Of a stretch of 64,000 nt of DNA, positions 62,698 to 64,000 are shown piece after piece (positions within the stretch are counted from its first letter, which is position 1; each line of letters opens with the position of its first letter). The stretch covers positions 78,120,001 to 78,184,000 of the forward strand of contig OX597818.1 of NCBI GenBank assembly GCA_951406725.2, in the 5' to 3' direction. The DNA comes from Octopus vulgaris (Eukaryota). Made by a program: the position numbers and the translations under genes. The notes beneath the pieces are model-generated. The model was not told the DNA's origin and ran no database searches. It saw only the letters and a program-made list of their open reading frames with translations.

Positions 62698-64000
62698 CAG
62701 CTATACTACAAGATTAATAAGTGAGTAAATGAGAGGGTCTTGACATGGTCATTCAACTAAACAACTTTCTCAAATAGCAAACACTATTCTCTTAAATAAA
62801 GAAAGAGTACCTTTGATGAAATAATTCTGAATGTTTGGAGTGCCACAGCTAAAATGCTTTTTGATCATAGATCTGCTCAATCAGGACAAAAATGAGGCTA
62901 AACAACAACAGTATCAACTAGATAATACTTAAGATAATGTTGTATTAAATACACGAAGTTTGAATAAAAAATGTGACAGTCATGGCTGGATTGCCCTTTG
63001 ATCATAATTCTATTTAATCAGATTTCCAATTCTGACACAAGGCCAACAGTTTTGGGGGAGGGGCAAAGTCACATTGACTCCAATGTTCAACTGGTATTTA
63101 TTTTATTAACCCCCAAATGGGTGAAAGTTGACATCAGCAGAATTTGAACTCAGAGTGCAAAGACAGAAGAAATGCTGTTTAGCATTTTGTCAGGTGCGAT
63201 AGTGATTCTACCAGTTCATTGTCTTCCTAAGGCTAAATAATAACAATGAAACCAATTAAAATTAAATAAAATATAACATAGCAGGTAACAAAAAAATGCA
63301 AATTTTAAAAGTTTATAAGGTTAATTGCAATTCTCTAAAATGATACAAAATTTAATTTTAGATGAGAAACAGACTGGGTACCATAGTGAGGATGTTAAAC
63401 TACTGAAAAGGAACATTAAACAAATTATTGTTTGTTTATCAATCATTACATTCACCTCTATTCCCATTTCCAACCGTCTGTTACTTTCCTAACATACTCT
63501 TACAAAACAACCCTTCTCCGTCCCCACTGAACCACTGTTTGTATTTTTTCTTATGCTTACCTTCTTGAGAGTTCTATGAGAGTTTGCCCTGGCTCCCAAT
63601 CACTACCATCTTATCTTCTTCCCAGCTACTCTGGTCTACCACTATATAACATTGTCTTCATGCTACTCTGTCTTCAGCTACTCTGGTCTACCACTATATA
63701 GTATGGAGTAGCTATGTATCTCCTCTATAGCAAGTCACTTGTGCTTGTCCCTCTATCATACTTTAGTCTCTCAAACCCAGCATAAAGACACCTCTTCCCA
63801 AATACTCACCCACTCACATTTAGTCAAGGAGGCTTTTCTTTTCAGCTTCCAGCCCTTTTTCCCCCTATTGCAAGTTATTTGGTGACCTCCTAGAACTGAT
63901 GGCATGAGAAAAGCACCAAGTACAAGTTGTAAAGTGGTTGGCATAAGGAAAGGCATCCAGCCATGGAAGCCACAATGAAGCTGACATTGGAGCTTGATGC

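Overview
AT-rich, microsatellite- and SINE-dense eukaryotic DNA; the repeat landscape is most consistent with an octopus/coleoid cephalopod genome (inference). The window holds the 3' part of one spliced + strand gene. I rebuilt 16 GT-AG exons by hand (3428..51378; 2156 coding nt, about 717 aa, open through every junction, start codon upstream of the window). They encode 9 LDL-receptor class A repeats, an SRCR-like domain and a trypsin-fold serine protease with an intact H/D/S triad. The activation site (Y|LIGA) and S1 pocket (Ser189) are non-tryptic. Introns and the 3' flank contain tRNA-derived SINEs, RTE- and CR1-type LINE fragments, decayed mariner, Tigger/pogo and IR/DR-type Tc1 transposons, MITEs and long palindromes. 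The most unusual signals are: (1) a compact type I hammerhead ribozyme with an intact core on the sense strand of an intron (39401..39445); (2) a 338-bp insertion with a 13-bp target-site duplication that joins a tRNA-like Pol III head to inverted hammerhead-like modules (59502..59839), plus a third inverted hammerhead-like pair near 54.6-54.8 kb; (3) a 112-bp intronic hairpin whose mismatches are all G-U on the sense strand; (4) a four-segment templated mosaic duplication near 15 kb. Most ORFs in the supplied track are microsatellite or transposon artefacts.
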